Of a stretch of DNA of 64,000 nt, positions 11,613 to 23,774 are shown piece by piece. The stretch spans positions 43,792-107,791 of the forward strand of contig NIVC01001326.1 in assembly GCA_002269645.1 (NCBI GenBank). Direction: 5' to 3'. The position numbers and the translations under genes are program-made. This DNA is from Macrostomum lignano. Its lineage: Eukaryota. A model generated the notes under the pieces. The model saw only the letters and a list, made by a program, of their open reading frames with translations, was not told where the DNA came from and made no database searches. Numbering within the stretch: position 1 is the stretch's first letter; each line of letters opens with the position of its first letter.

Positions 11613-12912
11613 TGTTCACCCCTGCACTGCAATACTGCAGAAGGAGAACCACATTTTCCAGCTGGAGTTAAGAAATCGCTGCTCCTCAAATTCCGAAGCA
11701 GTCAGTGAGTCAGCAGCCCCTTTGCCCTATAGAACCTCACGGTCAGGCTAGACTCTCGCGGTCTTGAGGGCTTCCACCCCTCCGATTAAGTCAGGCCCGG
11801 CCCCGACAAAGGAGAACGCAATTGAATTACCACTCAGTGACGGGGGGTCATTTGCAACCCGCTGCAGCACTGCTGCTCCGGGTCGGGAACAGAGTTCCTG
11901 AATGTGTCTTCTAGGAATTCCTGGAATTAATCCGATTTGCGCGACATTACAAACTAGTAGGTCGAACTGCTCTGCCCTTCTCTCCATCTTTCCCTTCTCA
12001 AATTCGTCTACAAAGTCCGCAACGCACTTCAAGATGCATCGGTCAAAACTTTTTTATTTGAAATTTCTTTCCTTCATCTTGGGAACACGCTGCGAAAAAA
12101 ACTAGAAAAAATGGTTTAATCCCCAGAGCATAACGTTTCTTCCAAGTTCAAGACTCTTGGCTGAATTTCTATAAGTTGAGTATTGCGCAATGACGTGCTT
12201 AAGCAAGCGCGTCGTGAGCTCATCCAGATCCCTTAGTTATAATAAATCTGCAGGCCCCAGCTTCTTAAAGATGAAGCGGAACCTAATGCAGAAAGTGCTC
12301 GGTTCACTGACTGCCTTTATTACTGGCTGACTTGGCCCGCCAAGCCTTCTCGCTTTTCTTTCAAACTCAGTCAAAACCCTACCGCGCCTGGGATTAGCGA
12401 GCGGCGTGGCATTAGAAAAAAAAACTTTGACATCGGGTGGCCAATCAGAGACGTGGAAGAAATGGGAGGGTTTGGCACAGCGGGTCTGAGACCAAAAGCG
12501 TTATTAGTGACCCCTGATTCTGGGGCCTGACACTTGCAGAGCTGCAGCCAGCATTCGAGCACAAGGATGAAGCCGGCAGACAGTCTTGGCGCTGCAGCCC
12601 CGACGGCGCACTGGTGCCTCACGCTGCTACTGGCTCTGTCTCTGGCCTTCCTGGCCTGGCGAACCGTCGTTATGGACGCTCAGATTCGGGCCATCGCTGA
12701 ATCGTTGGACGCCGCCGCCGTCAATGCTTCATTGAGCGACGATGCCAGCCTTCACCTGTGGATCGGCGGCGGCTCCGCGCGTCCGCAGCTGCGGATGCGA
12801 CGCAGTGTTGGCCGGCGAAGAGGTCTTCAAGACGGCGACGGCCGCTGGTTGGATGCCGTCAGCAGATTCAGGGTGAGACGGGGCAGCTCTGCTCGATCGG
12901 CTGGTGGCTGCG

Positions 12913-13944
12913 CCCTAGATTCTTACAGTACACCGATGAGCCCTCCTAGATTATTATGGTACACCAATGAGTCCTCCTAGATTATTAGAGTACACCAATG
13001 AGTCCTCCTAGATTCTTAGGATACACCGATGAGCCCTCCTAGATTATTAGAGTACACCAATGAGTCCTCCTAGATTCTTAGAGTACACCAAATGAGCCCT
13101 CCTAGATTCTTAGGATACACCGATGAGCCCTCCTAGATTCTTAGAGTACACAGATGAGTCCTCCTAGATTCTTAGAGTACACCAAATGAGCCCTCCTAGA
13201 TTCATAGGATACACCGATGAGCCCTCCTAGATTCTTAGGGTACACCGATGAGCCCTCCTAGATTCTTAGAGTACACCGATGAGCCCTCCTAGATTCTTAG
13301 GATACACCGATGAGTCTTCCTGGATTCTTAGGGTACACCGATGAGTCCTCCTAGATTATTATGGTACACCAAATGAGCCCTCCTAGATTCTTAGGATACA
13401 CCGATGAGTCCTCCTAGATTGTTAGAGTACACCGATGAGCCCTCCTAGATTCTTAGGGTATACTGATGAGTCTTCCTGGATTCTTAGGGTACACGGATGA
13501 GCCCTCCTAGATTGTTAGAGTACACCGATGAGCCCTCCTAGATTCTTAGGGTACACTGATGAGTCTTCCTGGATTCTTAGGGTACACCGATGAGTCCTCC
13601 TAGATTCTTAGGGTACACGGATGAGCCCTCCTAGATTCTTAGGGTACACTGATGAGCCCTCCTAGACTCTTAGGGTACACTGATGAGCCCTCCTAGATTC
13701 TTAGGGTACACCGATGAGCCCTCCTAGATTCTTAGGGTACACCGATGAGCCCTCCTAGATTCTTAGGGTACACCGATGAGCCCTCCTAGATTCTTAGGGT
13801 ACACCGATGAGCCCTCCTAGATTCTTAGGGTACACCGATGAGCCCTCCTAGATTCTTAGGGTACACCGATGAGCCCTCCTAGATTCTTAGGGTACACCGA
13901 TGAGCCCTCCTAGATTCTTAGGGTACACTGATGAGCCCTCCTAG
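12913..13944. repeat. 31-bp minisatellite CTCCTAGATTCTTAGGGTACACCGATGAGCC (collagen intron 1, copy 1)
   Basis: About 33 units starting ~40 nt after the donor; the variant order appears the same as in copy 2. Confidence 0.95.
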
Positions 13945-13991
13945 ATGCAATGCAAAGTTAAGTGTCTTGCTCAAGGACACAAAATGTGTCC
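13944..13991 (-). mobile_element. SINE central-domain fragment (duplicated at 18529-18576)
   Basis: The reverse complement TGTGTCCTTGAGCAAGACACTTAACTTTGCATTGC matches the SINE copy at ~29900-29950 and resembles the CORE/V-type central motif. Confidence 0.6.
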
Positions 13992-14479
13992 AAGAATAAA
14001 ATAATAATAAACTCCAATTCTGTTTTGTCGATTAGCAGCACTGCCTACCAAAGCTTCAACTGATTGGCGATTGCGCAATCAATCAGCTGGGACTTGGTTG
14101 CGGCTTGCTCAGTTGGTCGTAAAAAGGGGACTGATTGATTAAAGATTTTAGCGCATTGACTGAAAAGAGTTCAAAGAAAATGACTCAACAATCTGAATTA
14201 GAAAAGTTGCAAAAATAATTTAAAAAAAATTTTATTTCGTTTGAAAAAATATTTACCTATTTATATACAACTTACAGAAAAACTTGATAGCACTGTGAAC
14301 AGGTAGAACAGGTGAAGTATTATTAGTATTATTAGTAGTATTAGTAGTATTATGGACCGGTAGAACAGGTGCAGTAGTGCTATGGACAGGTAGAAGCTGT
14401 GAAGCACCGGGCCCGCAGTGCGAGGAATTCTAAGCGTGAGGACTTTTTGAATGTTTTGCTTGTCGAGATTCAAATTGCT

Positions 14480-15130
14480 CAAACCCAGCCCTTCAAACCC
14501 AGCCCTTCAAACCCAACCCCTCAAACCCAACCCCTCAAACCCAATCCCTCAAACCCAACCCCTCAAACCCAATCCCTCAAACCCAATCCCTCAAACCCAA
14601 TCCCTCAAACCCAATCCCTCAAACCCAACCCCTCAAACCCAGCCCTTCAAACCCAGCCCTTCAAACCCAGCCCTTCAAACCCAGCCCTTCAAACCCAGCC
14701 CTTCAAACCCAGCCCTTCAAACCCAGCCCTTCAAACCCAGCCCTTCAAACCCAGCCCTTCAAACCCAACCCTTCAAACCCAACCCTCAAACCCAACCCTT
14801 CAAACCCAGCCCTTCAAACCCAACCCTTCAAACCCAACCCCTCAAACCCAACCCTTCAAACCCAACCCTTCAAACCCAATTCCTCAAACCCAACCTCTCA
14901 AACCCAACCCCTCAAACCCAATCCCTCAAACCCAACCCCTCAAACCCAACCCCTCAAACCCAATCCCTCAAACCCAACCCCTCAAACCCAACCCCTCAAA
15001 CCCAACCCCTCAAACCCAATCCCTCAAACCCAACCTCTCAAACCCAACCCCTCAAACCCAATCCCTCAAACCCAACCCCTCAAACCCAATCCCTCAAACC
15101 CAACCCCTCAAACCCAACCGCTCAAACTTA
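14480..15130. repeat. 14-bp minisatellite AAACCCA(G/A)CCC(T/C)TC (collagen intron 2, copy 1)
   Basis: Tandem array; source of the [12 protein letters not shown] ORFs. Confidence 0.93.
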
Positions 15131-15669
15131 TCGCTCTCAAGCCAATTCCCTCAAGCCAAAACCTCAAAACCGCTAATGTATTTCACTGGAAGATAGACGA
15201 GAACCCGATTTGGCTTGACGAAAGAGACCCGAATCTCTTTCCAGCGAAGTCAACCACCCAATCCGCTGCTTTGGGCCGCCCTGGGCCGCCCGGACCAAAG
15301 GGCGACAAAGGCGACAAAGGCGACATGGGCGAGCGCGGTCTGCTCGGCCCCATCGGGCTGCCCGGCAAGATGGGACCCCGAGGCGTCCAAGGTCCCAAAG
15401 GCGAACCGGGCGACTCTTTCAGACCAAGTGAGCCGCCTGGGTTGTTTTTTTATCGTAAAAAAACTCAAAAAGAATCCTAAACAATTGATGCTCAATTTAC
15501 TCGTAAACCCATTTTTAACCTATTTCAGGCAACATGAAGTGCAGAGTTGATTACCAGGGCGAGACCGTGTGCAGCTACAGGGATTCCAACAACAATCTGG
15601 TTAACATGCGGAGCCGGGGAGAGAAGCAGTGGCAGCCAGAGCCCTGGTGTCCTTGTAAGTGGCATTGAG

Positions 15670-16030
15670 AAATACCGTGTTACTTGTATTGCGGTGGGTG
15701 TGGATTGGGGTGGGTGTGGATTGGGGTGGGTGTGGATTGGGGTGGGTTTGGATTGGGTGGGTGTGGATTGCGGTGGGTGTGGATTGGGGTGGGTGTGGAT
15801 TGCGGTGGGTGTGGATTGGGGTGGGTGTGTATTGCGGTGGGTGTGGATTGGGGTGGGTGTGGATTGGGGTGGGTGTGGATTGGGGTGGGTTTGGATTGGG
15901 GTGGGTGTGGATTGCGGTGGGTGTGGATTGGGGTGGGTGTGGATTGGCGTGGGTGTTGATTGGGGTGGGTGTGGATTGGGGTGGGTGTTGATTGGGGTGG
16001 GTGTGGATTGGGGTGGGTGTGGATTGGGGT
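15670..16030. repeat. 16-bp G-rich minisatellite GTGGGTGTGGATTGGG (collagen intron 4, copy 1)
   Basis: Tandem array; paralogous to 21990-22330. Confidence 0.93.
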
Positions 16031-17151
16031 GAGCTCTGCTGAATGCGTTTTGGGTGTGGATGGATTGGTGTCACCATGGGGTGTTATAATGCAACCTAGT
16101 ATAGTACGAGTATCGCATACTACGTAATTTCTTATTAACCGTATCTGTGTTTATTCTTCCACCAATCGCAGGCCAAAAAGGCGAGCCGGGCGACCGAGGC
16201 CTGGTCGGGCTACGCGGCGAGAAGGGCCTAACTTCTTAACTTTCTAGTTGGAGTTAAGAAATCGCTGCTCCTCAAATTCCGAAGCAGTCAGTGAGTCAGC
16301 AGCCCCTTTGCCCTATAGAACCTCACGGTCAGGCTAGAATCTTGCGGTCTTGAGCGCTTCCACCCCTCCGATTAAGTCAGGCCGGCCCCGACAAAGGAGA
16401 ACGCAATTGAATTACCACTCAGTGACGGGGGGTCATTTGCAACCCGCTGCAGCACTGCTGCTCCGGGTCGGGAACAGAGTTCCTGAATGTGTCTTCTAGG
16501 AATTCCTGGAATTAATCCGATTTGCGCGACATTACAAACTAGTAGGTCGAACTGCTCTGCCCTTCTCTCCATCTTTCCCTTCTCAAATTCGTCTACAAAG
16601 TCCGCAACGCACTTCAAGATGCATCGGTCAAAACTTTTTTATTTGAAATTTCTTTCCTTCATCTTGGGAACACGCTGCGAAAAAAACTAGAAAAAATGGT
16701 TTAATCCCCAGAGCATAACGTTTCTTCCAAGTTCAAGACTCTTGGCTGAATTTCTATAAGTTGAGTATTGCGCAATGACGTGCTTAAGCAAGCGCGTCGT
16801 GAGCTCATCCAGATCCCTTAGTTATAATAAATCTGCAGGCCCCAGCTTCTTAAAGATGAAGCGGAACCTAATGCAGAAAGTGCTCGGTTCACTGACTGCC
16901 TTTATTACTGGCTGACTTGGCCCGCCAAGCCTTCTCGCTTTTCTTTCAAACTCAGTCAAAACCCTACCGCGCCTGGGATTAGCGAGCGGCGTGGCATTAG
17001 AAAAAAAAACTTTGACATCGGGTGGCCAATCAGAGACGTGGAAGAAATGGGAGGGTTTGGCACAGCGGGTCTGAGACCAAAAGCGTTATTAGTGACCCCT
17101 GATTCTGGGGCCTGACACTTGCAGAGCTGCAGCCAGCATTCGAGCACAAGG

Positions 17152-20100
17152 ATGAAGCCGGCAGACAGTCTTGGCGCTGCAGCCCCGACGGCGCACTGGT
17201 GCCTCACGCTGCTACTGGCTCTGTCTCTGGCCTTCCTGGCCTGGCGAACCGTCGTTATGGACGCTCAGATTCGGGCCATCGCTGAATCGTTGGACGCCGC
17301 CGCCGTCAATGCTTCATTGAGCGACGATGCCAGCCTTCACCTGTGGATCGGCGGCGGCTCCGCGCGTCCGCAGCTGCGGATGCGACGCAGTGTTGGCCGG
17401 CGAAGAGGTCTTCAAGACGGCGACGGCCGCTGGTTGGATGCCGTCAGCAGATACAGGGTGAGACGGGGCAGCTCTGCTCGATCGGCTGGTGGCTGCGCCC
17501 TAGATTCTTACAGTACACCGATGAGCCCTCCTAGATTATTATGGTACACCAATGAGTCCTCCTAGATTATTAGAGTACACCAATGAGTCCTCCTAGATTC
17601 TTAGGATACACCGATGAGCCCTCCTAGATTATTAGAGTACACCAATGAGTCCTCCTAGATTCTTAGAGTACACCAAATGAGCCCTCCTAGATTCTTAGGA
17701 TACACCGATGAGCCCTCCTAGATTCTTAGAGTACACAGATGAGTCCTCCTAGATTCTTAGAGTACACCAAATGAGCCCTCCTAGATTCATAGGATACACC
17801 GATGAGCCCTCCTAGATTCTTAGGGTACACCGATGAGCCCTCCTAGATTCTTAGAGTACACCGATGAGCCCTCCTAGATTCTTAGGATACACCGATGAGT
17901 CTTCCTGGATTCTTAGGGTACACCGATGAGTCCTCCTAGATTATTATGGTACACCAAATGAGCCCTCCTAGATTCTTAGGATACACCGATGAGTCCTCCT
18001 AGATTGTTAGAGTACACCGATGAGCCCTCCTAGATTCTTAGGGTATACTGATGAGTCTTCCTGGATTCTTAGGGTACACGGATGAGCCCTCCTAGATTGT
18101 TAGAGTACACCGATGAGCCCTCCTAGATTCTTAGGGTACACTGATGAGTCTTCCTGGATTCTTAGGGTACACCGATGAGTCCTCCTAGATTCTTAGGGTA
18201 CACGGATGAGCCCTCCTAGATTCTTAGGGTACACTGATGAGCCCTCCTAGACTCTTAGGGTACACTGATGAGCCCTCCTAGATTCTTAGGGTACACCGAT
18301 GAGCCCTCCTAGATTCTTAGGGTACACCGATGAGCCCTCCTAGATTCTTAGGGTACACCGATGAGCCCTCCTAGATTCTTAGGGTACACCGATGAGCCCT
18401 CCTAGATTCTTAGGGTACACCGATGAGCCCTCCTAGATTCTTAGGGTACACCGATGAGCCCTCCTAGATTCTTAGGGTACACCGATGAGCCCTCCTAGAT
18501 TCTTAGGGTACACTGATGAGCCCTCCTAGATGCAATGCAAAGTTAAGTGTCTTGCTCAAGGACACAAAATGTGTCCAAGAATAAAATAATAATAAACTCC
18601 AATTCTGTTTTGTCGATTAGCAGCACTGCCTACCAAAGCTTCAACTGATTGGCGATTGCGCAATCAATCAGCTGGGACTTGGTTGCGGCTTGCTCAGTTG
18701 GTCGTAAAAAGGGGACTGATTGATTAAAGATTTTAGCGCATTGACTGAAAAGAGTTCAAAGAAAATGACTCAACAATCTGAATTAGAAAAGTTGCAAAAA
18801 TAATTTAAAAAAAATTTTATTTCGTTTGAAAAAATATTTACCTATTTATATACAACTTACAGAAAAACTTGATAGCACTGTGAACAGGTAGAACAGGTGA
18901 AGTATTATTAGTATTATTAGTAGTATTAGTAGTATTATGGACCGGTAGAACAGGTGCAGTAGTGCTATGGACAGGTAGAACAGGTGCAGTAGTGCTATGG
19001 ACCGGTAGAACAGGTGCAGTAGTGCTATGGACCGGTATAACAGGTGCAGTAGTGCTATGGACCGGTAGAACAGGTGCAGTAGTGCTATGGACCGGTATAA
19101 CAGGTGCAGTCGTGCTATGGACCGGTAGAACAAGTGCAGTAGTGCTATGGACCGGTATAACAGGTGCAGTCGTGCTATGGACCGGTAGAACAAGTGCAGT
19201 AGTGCTATGGACCGGTATAACAGGTGCAGTCGTGCTATGGACCGGTAGAACAAGTGCAGTAGTGCTATGGACCGGTATAACAGGTGCAGTCGTGCTATGG
19301 ACCGGTAGAACAAGTGCAGTAGTGCTATGGACCGGTAGAACAGGTGTAGTAGTGCTATGGACCGGTAGAACAAGTGCAGTAGTGCTATGGACCGGTAGAA
19401 CAAGTGCAGTAGTGCTATGGACCGGTAGAACAAGTGCAGTAGTGCAAAGGACAGATAGAACAAGTGCAGTAGTGCTATGGACAGATAGAACAGGTGCAGT
19501 AGTGCAAAGGACAGATAGAACAGGTGCAGTAGTGCAAAGGACAGATAGAACAGGTGCACCAGAAGATGAAGCAAGATCGAAGAGTAGAAGGCTGTGTGCC
19601 TGGATAGAAGCGCAAAAGCTACCAAAACTTTAAGCTACCAAAAGGAGCTTTCAGAGCAAGGCTATTTAAGCCGTCAAGTTTAACTATTCTACTCAACACC
19701 TTCCTCATTTGCGAGTCCAATGCATCCATTTTGCCGCCTCATCAACCCTGTTTAAAAATGCCCAGATGCTCGTGTCGTTGCTAACGAGACTAAGCCTCTC
19801 TCCACTTACTCGAGGGAAGGTTTTGGAGCAAAGACAGAGATTAACCTTCCTGAGCCAATGGCTTAACCAAACCAAAACCTATTATTATAGTGGGGAGGGC
19901 AACGGACATCAAGGTATTGAAGAGGCGATGGGGCTAGCAACAAAAAAGGTTTGGAAGAATAAGCTGCTAAATAAACGAAGCACTCAGTGCGTAAAAAAAG
20001 GCAGCCAAAACTGCCAATACCGCAGCTTCCCAATTTTGCATTCAAGGGCGGAGCACTTGACAGCACGGCCCTCTTCAACTGAAAACTCGGGAATCTCCCC

Positions 20101-23100
20101 AGTTTCCTGAACTTGATCCCAATGGCAAAGGAAGCTGAATAAGTTTATTCCCGCCCGCCATCAGGCGGCTGTGTGCGGAAGCGCCGATCTGAGAGCTGGC
20201 CACTTGTGCAGACGGCAGAGGGTTGAGGACAGGGAGGAGATTAAGCGTAGGGAACCAATATTCAGCGCCATGTGGCAAGGGCATTCTAGAGTTTCCAATC
20301 GCTATTCAACAGCCCAAGGTGGAGATTTCCTTCGCATTCTTTAGTTCTGAGCGTATAGCGTCAAGCATTTCCAACAAGCCTGCTGCAATGCAAACTGAAG
20401 CTTTTAGGACTTTTTATGATGGCTGATAAACTGCGTTCATAAACTTGTTCATAGTTTACAATATGGCTCGCTAACAATGCCCAGGTTGCCGACTTGAAGT
20501 CCATCTGTGTTGCCGTGTCCGAGGCCTGCGCTGTGAAGCACCGGGCCCGCAGTGCGAGGAATTCTAAGCGTGAGGACTTTTTGAATGTTTTGCTTGTCGA
20601 GATTCAAATTGCTCAAACCCAGCCCTTCAAACCCAGCCCTTCAAACCCAGCCCTTCAAACCCAGCCCTTCAAACCCAGCCCTTCAAACCCAGCCCTTCAA
20701 ACCCAGCCCTTCAAACCCAGCCCTTCAAACCCAGCCCTTTAAACCCAGCCCCTCAAACCCAACCCCTCAAACCCAACCCTTCAAACCCAACCCTTCAAAC
20801 CCAATTCCTCAAACCCAACCCCTCAAACCCAACCCCTCAAACCCAATCCCTCAAACCCAACCCCTCAAACCCAATCCCTCAAACCCAATCCCTCAAACCC
20901 AATCCCTCAAACCCAATCCCTCAAACCCAACCCCTCAAACCCAGCCCTTCAAACCCAGCCCTTCAAACCCAGCCCTTCAAACCCAGCCCTTCAAACCCAG
21001 CCCTTCAAACCCAGCCCTTCAAACCCAGCCCTTCAAACCCAGCCCTTCAAACCCAGCCCTTCAAACCCAACCCTTCAAACCCAACCCCTCAAACCCAACC
21101 CTTCAAACCCAGCCCTTCAAACCCAACCCTTCAAACCCAACCCCTCAAACCCAACCCTTCAAACCCAACCCTTCAAACCCAATTCCTCAAACCCAACCTC
21201 TCAAACCCAACCCCTCAAACCCAATCCCTCAAACCCAACCCCTCAAACCCAACCCCTCAAACCCAATCCCTCAAACCCAACCCCTCAAACCCAACCCCTC
21301 AAACCCAACCCTCAAACCCAATCCCTCAAACCCAACCTCTCAAACCCAACCCCTCAAACCCAATCCCTCAAACCCAACCCCTCAAACCCAATCCCTCAAA
21401 CCCAACCCCTCAAACCCAACCGCTCAAACTTATCGCTCTCAAGCCAATTCCCTCAAGCCAAAACCTCAAAACCGCTAATGTATTTCACTGGAAGATAGAC
21501 GAGAACCCGATTTGGCTTGACGAAAGAGACCCGAATCTCTTTCCAGCGAAGTCAACCACCCAATCCGCTGCTTTGGGCCGCCCTGGGCCGCCCGGACCAA
21601 AGGGCGACAAAGGCGACAAAGGCGACATGGGCGAGCGCGGTCTGCTCGGCCCCATCGGGCTGCCCGGCAAGATGGGACCCGAGGCGTCCAAGGTCCCAAA
21701 GGCGAACCGGGCGACTCTTTCAGACCAAGTGAGCCGCCTGGGTTGTTTTTTTATCGTAAAAAAACTCAAAAAGAATCCTAAACAATTGATGCTCAATTTA
21801 CTCGTAAACCCATTTTTAACCTATTTCAGGCAACATGAAGTGCAGAGTTGATTACCAGGGCGAGACCGTGTGCAGCTACAGGGATTCCAACAACAATCTG
21901 GTTAACATGCGGAGCCGGGGAGAGAAGCAGTGGCAGCCAGAGCCCTGGTGTCCTTGTAAGTGGCATTGAGAAATACCGTGTTACTTGTATTGCGGTGGGT
22001 GTGGATTGGGGTGGGTGTGGATTGGGGTGGGTGTGGATTGGGGTGGGTTTGGATTGGGGTGGGTGTGGATTGCGGTGGGTGTGGATTGGGGTGGGTGTGG
22101 ATTGCGGTGGGTGTGGATTGGGGTGGGTGTGTATTGCGGTGGGTGTGGATTGGGGTGGGTGTGGATTGGGGTGGGTGTGGATTGGGGTGGGTTTGGATTG
22201 GGGTGGGTGTGGATTGCGGTGGGTGTGGATTGGGGTGGGTGTGGATTGGCGTGGGTGTTGATTGGGGTGGGTGTGGATTGGGGTGGGTGTTGATTGGGGT
22301 GGGTGTGGATTGGGGTGGGTGTGGATTGGGGTGAGCTCTGCTGAATGCGTTTTGGGTGTGGATGGATTGGTGTCACCATGGGGTGTTATAATGCAACCTA
22401 GTATAGTACGAGTATCGCATACTACGTAATTTCTTATTAACCGTATCTGTGTTTATTCTTCCACCAATCGCAGGCCAAAAAGGCGAGCCGGGCGACCGAG
22501 GCCTGGTCGGGCTACGCGGCGAGAAGGGCGAGCCGGGGGTGTGCAACAGGGCCTGCTTTAACGGTGAGACAGGAATTTCGCTGCTTGAATTTATGGCTTT
22601 TTAAAGATTCAAGAAATAGTTGTAAGGGATTTCAAGAGACGAAATCGCATACAGGCTATTACAAACTTACAGGCTATTACAGACTTACAGGCTATTACAG
22701 ACTTACAGGCTGTTACAGACTTACAGGCTATTACAGAACTACAGGCTATTACAGACTTACAGGCTATTACAGACTTACAGGCTATTGCAGACTTACAGGC
22801 TATTACAGACTTACAGGCTATTACAGACCTACAGGCTATTATAGGCTTACAGGCTATTACTGACTTACAGGCTTACAGACTATTGGACTTATAACTAATA
22901 TTAAATAATTAATTACACCTGCCCTAATGGGTAGATGTGCAACCAACAGCTCAGCCGCAGCTATTGCGCGGCGCATCTGAAGGCTGCGTACGGCTGTTCA
23001 GTCCAATAAACTTTGGGGTCGCCACACAACCCTCAATTACCCCAGCTAATGCTGGCACCCATTTTACAGCTGGGTGAGCTGAAGCAATCCAGAGTCGAGA

Positions 23101-23374
23101 ATCGAACCCCCGACCTTTCAGTCGTGAGTCCGATGCTCTAACCACTAGGCTACAACCCCTTAGTCTGTCCGGACTTACAGACTATATAGACTTACAGAGT
23201 ATACGGTAAGCGCTTACAGACTACTAAAAATAGTATCTAAAAGGGATTTCATGCGCTGCATTCATTGCAGAGCCGCCGGTCCAGCCATCAAAGACCAACG
23301 GGTCCCCCGGGCTGACCAACTGCTGCTACGCTTCTTTGCTAATCCTCCTGCAGCTCTGCTTTTTAGCCATCTGA
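17152..23374 (+). CDS. Short type II transmembrane collagen-like protein (MACIT/colmedin-like architecture) with C-terminal hydrophobic tail, 313 aa; carries a 1-nt frameshift in exon 3 as assembled
   Basis: Six GT-AG exons with matching phases: 17152-17457, 20485-20569, 21499-21728 (230 nt; the copy 1 equivalent has 231), 21830-21955, 22474-22563, 23271-23374. Product: MKPADSLGAAAPTAHW-CLTLLLALSLAFLAW (TM) ...RMRR..RRR... ICVAVSEAC... 16 Gly-X-Y triplets, a Cys-containing interruption, 7 Gly-X-Y triplets, then CNRACFNEPPVQPSKTNGSPGLTNCCYASLLILLQLCFLAI*. AATAAA motifs follow at ~23551-23720. Confidence 0.85.
17498..18529. repeat. 31-bp minisatellite (collagen intron 1, copy 2)
   Basis: Paralogue of 12913-13944. 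Confidence 0.95.
18875..19555. repeat. 30-bp minisatellite ACCGGTAGAACAGGTGCAGTAGTGCTATGG
   Basis: About 20 units in copy 2; only ~2 units remain in copy 1 (14355-14395). Confidence 0.93.
20615..21430. repeat. 14-bp minisatellite (collagen intron 2, copy 2)
   Basis: Paralogue of 14480-15130, 168 bp (12 units) longer. Confidence 0.93.
21990..22330. repeat. 16-bp G-rich minisatellite (collagen intron 4, copy 2)
   Basis: Paralogue of 15670-16030. Confidence 0.93.
22648..22860. repeat. 18-bp minisatellite ACAGGCTATTACAGACTT
   Basis: About 12 units in collagen intron 5. Confidence 0.9.
22905..23159 (-). mobile_element. tRNA-derived SINE
   Basis: The minus strand begins GGGGTTGTAGCCTAGTGGTTAGAGC (A box) ... 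GGTTCGATTCTCG (B box), then CCCAGCTGTAAAATGGGTGCCAGCATTAGCTGGGG, which is shared with the 29873-30048 copy. It has an AT-rich 3' end. Confidence 0.75.
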
Positions 23375-23774
23375 GACAGCCGCCCCGCCTCAGCCTACCT
23401 GGGAGCACGCCCGATGTCCCACTCGTCAAATCATCATCCTCGAGTTTGTCTAAGTTCATTTTTAGCAGTAGCAAATCAACTAAAAATAAGTTGCTCTATA
23501 CTCGCTACTCATGCTACTGATAGTAGAGTTAGTAGGGGGATTGTGTATCGAATAAAAAACTAAATCATAATTTTAAATGTTTTTGTTACTCTTTAGCATG
23601 CCTTAAGAAGCCGCGTTATTGAAGTTCTGTTGAAATTCGTATTTATTAACCAATGAATGTTTTGCATAATAAACGGCTTTATTCACATTCTAATTTTACT
23701 CAAATTTTCACGATTGAATAAAACCAAATCAGAATGATCTATTTATATTTGTATTTGTATTAGAGTGAGTACAT

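Larger units (their letters stand above)
12567..16239 (+). pseudogene. Truncated upstream duplicate of the transmembrane collagen gene (copy 1)
   Basis: Exon 1 12567-12872; exon 2 has lost its acceptor and 5' part (junction at 14395/14396); exon 3 15197-15427 (intact, 231 nt); exon 4 15529-15654; exon 5 starts at 16172 but is broken at ~16227 and reads GEKGLTS* (TAA 16237-16239); no exon 6. Confidence 0.75.
11655..22527 (+). repeat. Tandem segmental duplication: copy 1 ~11655-16227, copy 2 ~16243-22527
   Basis: Near-identical sequence starts at TGGAGTTAAGAAATCGCTG. The offset is 4585 up to 14395, 6134 after a 1549-bp segment absent from copy 1, and ~6302 after a 168-bp array-length difference. 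Copy 1 ends inside collagen exon 5. Confidence 0.95.

Noticed and set aside
11748-12105. ORFs upstream of the collagen exon 1 (duplicated at 16372-16690)
   Set aside because: No recognisable domain; their recurrence is explained by the tandem duplication, and the two copies differ in stop position.
11300-13944. 30-33-bp repeats (also 18875-19555, 43770-45590, 54470-55140) as CRISPR arrays
   Set aside because: Units are head-to-tail with no unique spacers; no cas genes; eukaryotic intron context.
14399-16077. [10 protein letters not shown] and GVDWGGCGLG ORFs (and their copies at 20585-22379)
   Set aside because: Intronic 14-bp and 16-bp arrays between verified collagen exons.
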